A stretch of 64,000 bases of DNA, from positions 415,638 to 479,637 of the forward strand of contig JBMNLN010000001.1 of assembly GCA_050952725.1 (NCBI GenBank), read 5' to 3'. This document shows, piece by piece, positions 19,498 through 29,175 of this stretch. This DNA comes from Bacilli bacterium. GTDB taxonomy: Bacteria; Bacillota_I; Bacilli_A; RFN20; CAG-826. The number at the start of each line of letters is the position of its first letter. Position 1 is the stretch's first letter. The notes beneath the pieces are model-generated. The model was given only the letters and a program-made list of their open reading frames with translations. It had not been told where the DNA came from and made no database searches. The translations under genes and the position numbers were made by a program.

Positions 19498-20442
19498 GTG
19501 GTTATGAATAACAGAGTAAAAATTAGCCCTTCTAATCCAGTGAAACGCAAGGGCAAAATTCAAAAATGTAAGCAGGATAAAATATTTAATGTGGTCAACA
19601 TTAGTATTCTTGTACTCTGCACGATAATCTTTCTTTATCCATTGATTTTTGTGGTTTCAGCCTCTTTTACCAAACCAAGTGATGTTCTAGCAGGGAGAAT
19701 GTTCCTTTTCCCAACTTCCTTATACTTCGAAGGTTACGAAGAAATTTTTAAATATGAAGGTTTGTGGAAAGGATTCATAAACTCGGTGATTATTGTCGTG
19801 TTTGGTAGCGCCCTCAATATGGCGGTGACTTTCACAGTAGGTTACGCATTAAGCAGAAGAGATTTCTATGGCAGAAAATTCTTTTTATTCTTCTTTATTT
19901 TCGCAATGTTTTTCTCGGGGGGATTGATACCTTTCTACTTGTTGGTAGCAAACACTTTAAGAATGAATGATTCCTTACTCGCTTTGATTATTCCAAGTGC
20001 AGTTAGCGTTTGGAACATTATTTTAGCGAAGACCTATTTCTCAAGTTCCTTATCCGAAGAATTATTAGAGGCGGCAAAAATTGATGGCTGTAGTAATCTT
20101 CGTTTCTTCTTTAGGATTGCACTCCCGCTTGCAAAACCGATTATTGCTGTCATTCTTCTCTATAACGTAGTTGGAAGATGGAATTCTTATTTTGATGCGC
20201 TAATTTTCTTACAAAATCCTGACAAATATCCCTTACAACTCGTAATTCGTAATTTGATTAGCCAAAACGATATTAGCACCATTGATCCTGGTGCTGGACA
20301 AATTACAATCGATAATATGTATCGGGTCGAAGGGATGAAATATGGAGTGATTATTCTCTCGACGATTCCGATGCTGGTTATATATCCATTTGTACAAAAG
20401 TACTTTATCAAAGGTATTATGGTGGGCTCACTTAAGGGCTAA
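19498..20442 (+). CDS. Carbohydrate ABC transporter permease (LplC/YteP-like)
   Basis: 314 aa. EAA-like loop (LLEAAKIDGCSNLRFFFRIALPLAKP). Confidence 0.8.
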   Translation: MVMNNRVKISPSNPVKRKGKIQKCKQDKIFNVVNISILVLCTIIFLYPLIFVVSASFTKPSDVLAGRMFLFPTSLYFEGYEEIFKYEGLWKGFINSVIIVVFGSALNMAVTFTVGYALSRRDFYGRKFFLFFFIFAMFFSGGLIPFYLLVANTLRMNDSLLALIIPSAVSVWNIILAKTYFSSSLSEELLEAAKIDGCSNLRFFFRIALPLAKPIIAVILLYNVVGRWNSYFDALIFLQNPDKYPLQLVIRNLISQNDISTIDPGAGQITIDNMYRVEGMKYGVIILSTIPMLVIYPFVQKYFIKGIMVGSLKG

Positions 20443-20448
20443 AGGAGA

Positions 20449-22053
20449 TTGATTATGAAACAGATGAAAATTTTAATTCCGAGTGCGGTTTTACTGGCGA
20501 CTTTATGTGCGTGTACTGGTCAGACCTCACAAAAATTACATTCGCATCCCGAAGTTTTAACTGAACCGGGCACTTTTCCGATCATCAAGGAAGAATATCG
20601 CGGCGAAGTCTCTTTAAAAATTATGGGAGCAAGCAACGCGGCGATTAATCCTGATTGGTCGAAGAACAAGTTCTTTATTAGGTTTAGCGAAGAAACTGGA
20701 GTTGATTTCACCTTCAATGTCTATGGCGATGGGATGTACAATGACAAGAAAGCTTTTGCTTTAGCGACCAATAATAATTTACCCGACATCTTTTTTAAAG
20801 CAGCGCTCAATAACTATGACGAAGTAACTTATGGGGGAAAAACCCTTCGCCCTTTAAATGATTTAATCGATGAATATGCCCCGAATATCAAACAATTATT
20901 AGAAGATAATCCGATTGTCAAAAAATCAATTACGACCACGGATGGAAATATTTATGCCCTTCCTACCATCTATACCAATCTTCCGAATAATACGACATCA
21001 AATATGCGCGGTTTCTTTTGGATTAATAAAGATTGGATGGGAACCACCCCGATGCCTAAAACACCCGCAGAATATAAAGCAATTTTACAAACCTTTCGAC
21101 AAGAACGATTAAAAATCCGCGACTCCTATCCTTTAGTGGTCGCGGGAATTGACGATTTGCTCAAAATTTTCAATTTCTTTGGACTCGATCTAGTCAACTA
21201 CTGGGTTCAAGGTGATGAAGATGGTCAATTAGTTTTTGGCCCGAAAACCGACAATTTCAAACAAGGATTAGCTTTTATCAAATCGTTAATTGATGACAAT
21301 TTGATGAACGCTAACTGGTCGACCATGGAAGCAGCCGAAATCAATGCCCGCGGAGCAAGCGGTGATTATTACGGCAGTTTCGTCCAAGCTGGTCCCCAAT
21401 TTGCAGTAGGGTTTAACAAGATGCGGCAATATACGACCCTTGATCCGCTTTCGGTCACTGGTGAAGGCGGTTTCTGGGGAGCAAAAAACCCATTGCAAAG
21501 AGGATGTTTTGCTTTGACTTATGAATGCAAATATCCGGAAGCGGCTATCCGTATGATGGATGCTTTATATGATATTGATGCCCCTTATGGCCTTTGGTCA
21601 TCAATCGGTAAAGAAAACGAAGAATGGCAATGGCTTGACGAAGAGCATACAGCTTGGAAATCGACAATTAGTGATAATCAATATTCAGAAGTGATGTCGA
21701 CCACCATTATCCAAACTGGTGATGGAATGCCTTATGCGATTGATGAGTCTTTTTGGGAAAAACAAGCAACAGAAACTGATACTTATACCCGACCGTTAAG
21801 AAATCGCCAGATGACATTTGGTAAAGTGGGCTACCCCGATGTTTATTTTGATTCAGTTCAATTGACGGAAATGGCAGATTTATCGACTGACATCAATACA
21901 CATATTACCCGTTATATTGCTGGTGTTTTAAACGGCTCAAAAAATCTCGAGGGTGATTGGGAGACCTTTATCAAATTTTCTCGTCTTAATCTCGATCGCT
22001 ATTTAGAAATTCTGCAAGAGCGTTACGATGATTTTAATCAAGCGATTCAATGA
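20449..22053 (+). CDS. Extracellular solute-binding lipoprotein (LplA-type, family 1 SBP)
   Basis: 534 aa, signal peptide ending in a Cys-containing lipobox region (LLATLCAC), size and composition typical of LplA-like SBPs. Confidence 0.7.
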   Translation: MIMKQMKILIPSAVLLATLCACTGQTSQKLHSHPEVLTEPGTFPIIKEEYRGEVSLKIMGASNAAINPDWSKNKFFIRFSEETGVDFTFNVYGDGMYNDKKAFALATNNNLPDIFFKAALNNYDEVTYGGKTLRPLNDLIDEYAPNIKQLLEDNPIVKKSITTTDGNIYALPTIYTNLPNNTTSNMRGFFWINKDWMGTTPMPKTPAEYKAILQTFRQERLKIRDSYPLVVAGIDDLLKIFNFFGLDLVNYWVQGDEDGQLVFGPKTDNFKQGLAFIKSLIDDNLMNANWSTMEAAEINARGASGDYYGSFVQAGPQFAVGFNKMRQYTTLDPLSVTGEGGFWGAKNPLQRGCFALTYECKYPEAAIRMMDALYDIDAPYGLWSSIGKENEEWQWLDEEHTAWKSTISDNQYSEVMSTTIIQTGDGMPYAIDESFWEKQATETDTYTRPLRNRQMTFGKVGYPDVYFDSVQLTEMADLSTDINTHITRYIAGVLNGSKNLEGDWETFIKFSRLNLDRYLEILQERYDDFNQAIQ

Positions 22054-24896
22054 GGCAAATTATGAAAAGGAAATTGCGATTATTTCTATTATTACCAATG
22101 ACAATTCTCGCTAGCTGCAATCAAAAAAAAGTTGGTTCAGAAAATTTTGCCTTGTCGTATAAAAAGGGTAGTAATGGTTATTTCATTGTTTTGAGTCGAC
22201 ATAACCAAACTTATACAACTGAGGGGGGATCGCTTGGAGTGCGTTTTGATAAAAATGAATTCCGAGCTGATGATCCGATTTTTAAGGACTATACCACGGT
22301 TGAAGAAGTGAATGGAGTTCTCTTAGCAAAAGGACAAGTAGCTTCTAATTATGGAACGACTATCGATTTTATTGATTCTTTCAAGGTGGTTTCAAATCGG
22401 CTCTTAGTCAATCGCGAATTCTCGGTTACTAATGCGGGTGAAGATTTTGGCTTCATGGTGGAACAAAAATGGTTAGATACCAAAGAAGGCAAAATTCATG
22501 ACCGTGAAGGGTTTATTCCTGCTTCCTATTATGTCAATGGCAATCGCTCCTTCAATGATTGTTCTACGCGGATGTTTTTCGGTGGGGATTTGCTGGTGAT
22601 TCCTAGTGATGCCGTCTCCGTTTTAATGGCGAGTTCCTTTAAGGATGGTGTGGCTTTTGCGATGCTTGATACTTCGAGTGGCTATCGCGAGACCTCGATC
22701 GTTGATCGTTATACAGTTGATTCAGCTTATTTACACATTGATGAGAATTTTAATTTTTCTGGCATTGCTCTTAGTAATGAAGAGAATAATCGCATCGCTT
22801 ATAATTACCTTTACCCTGCTTATAAAAATGCGAACGAAGATAGTTTTAATTATCGGCTCCTTCCAGTCGAAAAAGGCTTAAAACGCAAAGTGTCGTATTC
22901 GCTCTTTATCGATAAATTTAATTCCTACAACGAGATGTATACTTCAATGTGGCGAAGTGCCTACGATGTATATCGCTACCTTGATAAGCGTTATCAGATG
23001 CCTGAGGTTTATGAAACCCTTTTAAAATATGTTCGCGATTCTTATTCAGATAACAACATTTGGGGGCCGATTCCCTTATATTTCACCAATGCTGATCATT
23101 ATCATCCAGATAGCGGTTTCCTTTTCCGTAATCTGGAAATGGGAATGTTCATGATTAAATATGGGCGAAAAACTAATGATCAAACCACGATTGATAATGC
23201 TTTAAAGGTCATAAATTATCAATTAGACAATGATAGTATTGATGCGCGGTTACAACTCTATACGCGCGATAGCAGCGTCTTTAAGCGCACGATGTTTGAC
23301 GGCTTAACTAGCACAGTTAATTTATATGCTTATTTAAAAACGACATCTTTTGGTGATGAAGTGATGAAAACCTTGATGGAGAAACTCTTTAATTACATCA
23401 CCGTGAAAGCGGAATTGTATAAAAATGAAACTAGTTTAATGGCGCTATCTTTTTATTCTCGCCTCTACCAGTTAAAGGACTTATTGTTTCTCGATTACGA
23501 TCAGGTCGCATTGAGATTGGCGGAGGCCGCGATTGCCCAAACCAAAGAATACTCAGGCTACTTTGGTGCAATCGAAAATAAGGATACGCGAATTTCCGTC
23601 GCTGAAGATTATATGCTTTTACTACGAGGGTTGATGACAATTTATGAAACCAATCATAACACCCGTTATTTACGCGAAGCGATTCGCTTAGCGAATTATT
23701 TAGAAACATTTAATGTTTTGACCCCCATGAATATGAATCCAGTTGGCGCCACTGGGGCCGAAGGATATAACTTTGGTTTTATTGGCAATGAGCGATTTCT
23801 TGGTAATGGTTATGCTTTTAACAATACTAACCATGGAATTCTTGATTGCCCCACCTCAAGTACTGTGGTGGAGTATATGAAACTTTATAAATATACTGGT
23901 GATCAGCATTATTTAGATTTTGCGGAATTCAAATTTATCAACTCTCTCCTTTATGTCAACATGGGAGATAAAGTTGGTCATATGGATGATCCCCTTCACT
24001 CTTCGGGCAATGGATTTATCAATGAGTTTTGCGGGAATGCGACCACGATTGAAGGATATCGCGATGGCGGTATGCGCGGAGCGGTTCATGATTCGATTAT
24101 CCCGTGGAATGTATACGAATTACTCGTGGGATTTGAATATTTAAAAGAGAATAATTATCCAGGATTTGCTGAAGATTATTCCTTAAGTCATAATCTTGCC
24201 CGGAACAAAGTTGTTACAATTGCGAATGACAATCTCGCTCATTCAGTCGCTGAAGCCTTTGATAATTTAGAGGATTCTTTCTACTTCGCAAATGAAGCTA
24301 GTGAATTTATCCTTGATTTGAATGAACAATGTCATATTGATTCGATTGAAATCGAGGCGGAAAAGAATTTAAATGTCTATCAATCGAGTAACAACATCGA
24401 TTTTGAAGAAATAACTAATTTAACCAACCTCGAATTAAAAACTCGATATATCAAATTTGTCACTGAAGCCAATAACAAAATCAATAATATTCAAGTTAAC
24501 GGCTACCCAGTTCACTATCAAGATTTAGCGGTGGATAGTTTGGTTTTAAATAATGCTGGTTCGATGAGAAATGCGATTGATAAATCCAATTATCAAACAA
24601 TTTGGAATGCGGGAAGTAGTCAAGAAACGCACATTCTAACTCTAGATTTACTAAGTGAATGCGAAATCTATCAAACTGCACTTATGTTTTCGGAAATTTC
24701 TTCAACCGCTTTTAAAATTGAAACCTCGCTCAATGGTGAAAATTATGTTGAATACGCGCTCGAAGCAGGCGACCAAGATAAATATATCTTCGTCAATCGC
24801 GGCTACCAAAAGGCCCGTTATGTGCGATTAACCATCTTGTCCTCTTCGTTAGAAAACATTTTGGTAAGAGACTTTAAGGTATTAGGGAGCCGATAA
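22050..24896 (+). CDS. Large surface lipoprotein (948 aa), unknown function, possibly glycan-active
   Basis: Lipobox (TILASC) after a short N-terminal extension, ATGA overlap with the SBP gene. No motif I can name with confidence. Confidence 0.55.
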   Translation: MRQIMKRKLRLFLLLPMTILASCNQKKVGSENFALSYKKGSNGYFIVLSRHNQTYTTEGGSLGVRFDKNEFRADDPIFKDYTTVEEVNGVLLAKGQVASNYGTTIDFIDSFKVVSNRLLVNREFSVTNAGEDFGFMVEQKWLDTKEGKIHDREGFIPASYYVNGNRSFNDCSTRMFFGGDLLVIPSDAVSVLMASSFKDGVAFAMLDTSSGYRETSIVDRYTVDSAYLHIDENFNFSGIALSNEENNRIAYNYLYPAYKNANEDSFNYRLLPVEKGLKRKVSYSLFIDKFNSYNEMYTSMWRSAYDVYRYLDKRYQMPEVYETLLKYVRDSYSDNNIWGPIPLYFTNADHYHPDSGFLFRNLEMGMFMIKYGRKTNDQTTIDNALKVINYQLDNDSIDARLQLYTRDSSVFKRTMFDGLTSTVNLYAYLKTTSFGDEVMKTLMEKLFNYITVKAELYKNETSLMALSFYSRLYQLKDLLFLDYDQVALRLAEAAIAQTKEYSGYFGAIENKDTRISVAEDYMLLLRGLMTIYETNHNTRYLREAIRLANYLETFNVLTPMNMNPVGATGAEGYNFGFIGNERFLGNGYAFNNTNHGILDCPTSSTVVEYMKLYKYTGDQHYLDFAEFKFINSLLYVNMGDKVGHMDDPLHSSGNGFINEFCGNATTIEGYRDGGMRGAVHDSIIPWNVYELLVGFEYLKENNYPGFAEDYSLSHNLARNKVVTIANDNLAHSVAEAFDNLEDSFYFANEASEFILDLNEQCHIDSIEIEAEKNLNVYQSSNNIDFEEITNLTNLELKTRYIKFVTEANNKINNIQVNGYPVHYQDLAVDSLVLNNAGSMRNAIDKSNYQTIWNAGSSQETHILTLDLLSECEIYQTALMFSEISSTAFKIETSLNGENYVEYALEAGDQDKYIFVNRGYQKARYVRLTILSSSLENILVRDFKVLGSR

Positions 24897-24897
24897 T

Positions 24898-25758
24898 ATG
24901 ACGATTAAAGATATTTATATGCGCGATCCATTTGTTTTTGTGGAGAACGGAACCGCCTACTTAATCGGTACAAGTGATGAAAATATTTGGAGTGGAAAAG
25001 CCGATAGTTTTCTCGGCTATAAATCAACGGATTTAGTAAATTTTGAAGGACCTTATGTTTTATTTAAAAACACCGATGATTTTTGGGCGGATGAAAATTT
25101 TTGGGCGCCTGAACTGCACAAAATCGATGGGAAATATTATATATTTGCTTCTTTTAAAAACGTTGATCGCCCTCGCGCTTCCCAAGCTTTAGTTGCCTCA
25201 ACTCCTTTTGGAAAATATACTCCACTTGCAAAACCTTTTACTCCGAAAGACTGGGAATGTTTAGATGCGACTTACTTCGAAGAAAATGGTCGAAAATATA
25301 GCATTTTTTGCCGAGAATGGCTCCAAGTTCACGATGGTGAAATTTGTGTTGGAGAATTAAATGATGATTTAACCGAACTTAAAAACATTAAAAAACTCTT
25401 TAAAGCAAGTGACGCCCAATGGGCCCAATATTTCTATAACGGAGATGATAAAAACAAAAAGTATGTCACTGATGGTCCATTTATTTATCAATGTGAAAAT
25501 GGGCGATTATTGATGCTTTGGTCATCAAATGGAAAAGAAGGATATGCCCTTGGAGTCGCTTATAGCGATAACGGAATTTTAGGAGAATGGAAACAATTAG
25601 AGGAACCACTCTTCAAAGATGATGGTGGTCATGGAATGATTTTTTCTTTTCAGGGAAAGAAATATCTCATTCTCCATACCTCGAATAAAACGCCGCTCTC
25701 TGAACGTCCCTACCTTATTGAAGTTATCGAAGAAAATAACATGATTAAAATTAAATAG
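24898..25758 (+). CDS. Glycoside hydrolase family 43 enzyme (arabinofuranosidase/xylosidase-type), cytoplasmic
   Basis: 286 aa. GH43 five-bladed propeller signatures (RDPFVF ... FWAPELHKIDGKYYIF ... DGPF). No signal peptide. Confidence 0.75.
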   Translation: MTIKDIYMRDPFVFVENGTAYLIGTSDENIWSGKADSFLGYKSTDLVNFEGPYVLFKNTDDFWADENFWAPELHKIDGKYYIFASFKNVDRPRASQALVASTPFGKYTPLAKPFTPKDWECLDATYFEENGRKYSIFCREWLQVHDGEICVGELNDDLTELKNIKKLFKASDAQWAQYFYNGDDKNKKYVTDGPFIYQCENGRLLMLWSSNGKEGYALGVAYSDNGILGEWKQLEEPLFKDDGGHGMIFSFQGKKYLILHTSNKTPLSERPYLIEVIEENNMIKIK

Positions 25759-25769
25759 GAGCGAATAAC

Positions 25770-28700
25770 ATGCTGAAAATTAAAAAAAACCTCATGATCT
25801 TTTTATTTATCGGGTTGATATCGAGTTGTGGTGGCGGATCAAGCGCGATAGACAGCATTGTTATTGATGATATTGATTATACAGTTTCATATTACTTTGA
25901 AACTCTACAAGGGGAGTATGTTATCAATGACGAGTACACCTTGAATAAAACCGGAAAAGAGGGTAGTCCCATCAATATTGATATTCGCGAGTTTGAAGGT
26001 TTTACCTTTGATGAATATCATCCTTCAAATAAAACAGAAGGCACTTTATCTAGCGGAACATCGATTTTTGCTCTTTATTATTTACGAAATTCATACGATG
26101 TTGTGGTTTTGGGCGGCGAAGCCTCTAAGGCTATCGCTAAATTCGAAGAGACCATTACTATTACCCCATATCTTGGTGGGACTTCCATCACTTTAAATGA
26201 CAATTCCAAAGCCACACTCAATGGTCATGAGCTGACCCTAGGAGCAGAAGATGTCACAGTCATGTGTTTAACTCAAAATAAATATTCACTCAGCGATACC
26301 CTTCTTACTAAAGAGCGAGATTATTCAGCAAGTGTCAATCTTACTGTAAAAGAAAAAGACAACATTCAAGGCTTGGTGTTTAGTTTTATTTCTAAAAATC
26401 TCTCTGATGATGGACACGAGCAATTCTACCTCTTTGGCACCCGCAATGATGAAGTTGGTTTTTATCGTTATTCGGGCGGTTCGCTCAATCTAATTAAATC
26501 AAAAGTTATGACTGAGTTTGAACTCGGAAGCCACAAATATGCGATTAACTTTATGGAAACAGGAAGTATTAGATGTTTTATTGATGATATTAGCATCTTT
26601 AATGTCACCCAAGATGAAATCGTAAACCAAGGCTTTGCCCCAATTGATAGTTATGGAAGAGTAGGGGTTTACTCGCAAAAACAGTATTTTGAATATCAAA
26701 ATTTAATCGCGGAAAATCAAGTGGTCAGTTTAGAAGAAGCAAAGCAATATTACATCGACAAATATAATAAATTTATTTTTTCCCAACATGTTTTTGACAC
26801 CGCGACTTACACAATGAATGATGGAGATGTTCAGATTGACATTAAAGATGTCAAAGGATATGCCTTAAATGCCATCGAACTAGAGGAGAACATCAACGCG
26901 GCAAATAATCTACAAGAAATTGATACTGCTCTTGATGGTTATAACGAAATTAGAATAGCTGCAGCAAAAGCATACACCCAAACGCATTTACTTGAACTTC
27001 TTTACGATGTTCATTATGCCACCATCATGCTTTATGCAACCAAACATCAAACAAAATATTATGATTCGGCCACTACATTAGATCTTAGTTATTTAGTACG
27101 AGATGAAAGACAATACGTTCCTAGTGCTTACAAACTACGCGGAAGTGAAGGTGAAACTTGTCTTTTAGATCAATTGGATGTCGATCTTAATAAAGCGAAA
27201 ACCGAGCGAGAAATATATGTGATTTCTAACAAATATGCACTCGATTTAGTGCGAGCTTTGAGTTTTAGAAATTATGAATTCTATTATTGGAATCAATATC
27301 ATCAGTATCCCGGTTCTAATTATCAAGTTTGGGATATGCATTTTTATAATTATTTTGGTGCTGCTGGAAGTGGATTTAAGTATGTTGGAAAAGTATTTGA
27401 AGGTTTTACTTGGTCCAAAGATTTCCGTTTGAATCGCTTCCTTTTTAATCCCGATGAACCTAACTATGCAAAGACGATTCAAGAAGTTATCGGCATGACT
27501 GATTGGATGATTAAACACCAAACAATTCGGTCGCGACCTTATATAGTTACTTTGAATGCTGACGGGGGCACGTTAACAAACTATGAGTTAAATGGAACTT
27601 CGGCCAATGCACTCGTCCTACCAACTCCAAGCAAGGAAGGACATGTTTTTGATGGATGGTATCTCAACCGTCTTTTAAAAGGGACGAAACTCACTTCGGT
27701 GCCGCAAGGAAATTTGGAAGATAAAACCTTGTATGCTGCGTGGAAAAAAGATGGTGTTCGAGTCGAAAGCGTTATTCAACCTGCAGCCTACATTACGGAA
27801 AATATGATTATCCAACAAAATCAAGATATTGTTTTTTCAGGAAAAGGGAAAGATGGCGTTAATGTCACGGTCAGTTTCGATGGTGAAAACAAAACCACAG
27901 TGATTAGCGATTCAAAGTGGCAAGTTACTTTTACACCACGTCAGGCCGCATTTGATCCAAAGATTATCTCGATTAGCGGTGGCGGCGTAACTTATGCCTT
28001 TAAAAATGTTCTCGTGGGCGAAGTTTGGCTCTGCGCTGGCCAAAGCAATATGGAAATGCTCGCCTGCTGGCTCAATGGTCGGGGGGTGAAATACGCAGGA
28101 CAATACGGTGACTTTGATAATCTCGACAAAATCAGAGTATTTAGACAATATATCGATGATTTAGATCCTTTCGCTCAATTAAATGCTGATAACGATCGCT
28201 GGTGCATTCCAACTCGCGCTATGGATTTGGCGGATAAATCAATTTTATCAGTCGCCTTTGCTTGTAATTTACAAAAAGAACTCAACATCCCTGTTGGCGT
28301 TTTAACAAGTGCGCGTGGTGGCACCTATATTGAAGAATGGCTAAGCGAGGAAAATGTTAACCTGACAGGCAATACAATTCCTGCCCCCCATCAAGATATC
28401 GCTTCCCGCTATTATGAACAGATGACAGTTGATTTAATTAATGCGCGTTTGGCCGGGGTTATCTGGTATCAAGGTGAAAATAACTGGCCATATCCAGAAA
28501 TCTACAAAGGTCAATATAAGGCATTGGTTAGTCAATACCGAGACGTATTCAATAACCCGAACCTGCCAGTAATCGCCCAACAAATTGTTGATTATGGTGA
28601 AAATGATGCTGATTTTTCTGACATTAGAATTGCCCAATGGGAAGTGGCAGGAGAAATCGCAAACGCTTATTGCTCAGTAGCCATTGATACGGGGGAAAAG

Positions 28701-29081
28701 TATGACATTCATCCGATTGACAAACTAACTCTCGGTAGAAGAATGGGAAAAATTGCTCTTGAATTCGCCTATGGAGTGGGCAGCGATTCATTATCTTACG
28801 CTCCCATCAAGGCCGAAGTAATCGAAGGAAAGATTCGCATTTCCTTCAAAGAGGGTCAAATTATTCAATCGGGTGAAGAACTGCAGTTTTTCAAATTAAA
28901 AAAAGTCGACGGCACCTTCGTTTCGGTCACGGCGACATTAGAAAACAATCAAATTGTAATCGAAGATATCGATGATGCAGAGATGGTTTATTATGCGCAT
29001 CAACATTGGTTAGGACATGTCACCCTTTACGGGGGGAATGACTTGCCAATAACTCCGTTTAAAATCAATATTACAAGATGA
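25770..29081 (+). CDS. Giant lipoprotein paralog A: Listeria-Bacteroides (Flg_new) repeat plus SASA/DUF303-type carbohydrate esterase domain
   Basis: Lipobox LISSCGGGSS. Flg_new repeat (TLNADGGTL ... PTPSKEGHVFDGWY ... TLYAAWKKD). Esterase block VWLCAGQSNMEM at about aa 745. Confidence 0.75.
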   Translation: MLKIKKNLMIFLFIGLISSCGGGSSAIDSIVIDDIDYTVSYYFETLQGEYVINDEYTLNKTGKEGSPINIDIREFEGFTFDEYHPSNKTEGTLSSGTSIFALYYLRNSYDVVVLGGEASKAIAKFEETITITPYLGGTSITLNDNSKATLNGHELTLGAEDVTVMCLTQNKYSLSDTLLTKERDYSASVNLTVKEKDNIQGLVFSFISKNLSDDGHEQFYLFGTRNDEVGFYRYSGGSLNLIKSKVMTEFELGSHKYAINFMETGSIRCFIDDISIFNVTQDEIVNQGFAPIDSYGRVGVYSQKQYFEYQNLIAENQVVSLEEAKQYYIDKYNKFIFSQHVFDTATYTMNDGDVQIDIKDVKGYALNAIELEENINAANNLQEIDTALDGYNEIRIAAAKAYTQTHLLELLYDVHYATIMLYATKHQTKYYDSATTLDLSYLVRDERQYVPSAYKLRGSEGETCLLDQLDVDLNKAKTEREIYVISNKYALDLVRALSFRNYEFYYWNQYHQYPGSNYQVWDMHFYNYFGAAGSGFKYVGKVFEGFTWSKDFRLNRFLFNPDEPNYAKTIQEVIGMTDWMIKHQTIRSRPYIVTLNADGGTLTNYELNGTSANALVLPTPSKEGHVFDGWYLNRLLKGTKLTSVPQGNLEDKTLYAAWKKDGVRVESVIQPAAYITENMIIQQNQDIVFSGKGKDGVNVTVSFDGENKTTVISDSKWQVTFTPRQAAFDPKIISISGGGVTYAFKNVLVGEVWLCAGQSNMEMLACWLNGRGVKYAGQYGDFDNLDKIRVFRQYIDDLDPFAQLNADNDRWCIPTRAMDLADKSILSVAFACNLQKELNIPVGVLTSARGGTYIEEWLSEENVNLTGNTIPAPHQDIASRYYEQMTVDLINARLAGVIWYQGENNWPYPEIYKGQYKALVSQYRDVFNNPNLPVIAQQIVDYGENDADFSDIRIAQWEVAGEIANAYCSVAIDTGEKYDIHPIDKLTLGRRMGKIALEFAYGVGSDSLSYAPIKAEVIEGKIRISFKEGQIIQSGEELQFFKLKKVDGTFVSVTATLENNQIVIEDIDDAEMVYYAHQHWLGHVTLYGGNDLPITPFKINITR

Positions 29082-29175
29082 TAAATAAGTAACATCGATA
29101 AGTTGATAAGGTTTTTTAAAAAACACAAGCAATCCTGACAACGTAGAAGCAAATAACAGATAGGGAGGAATTGGT

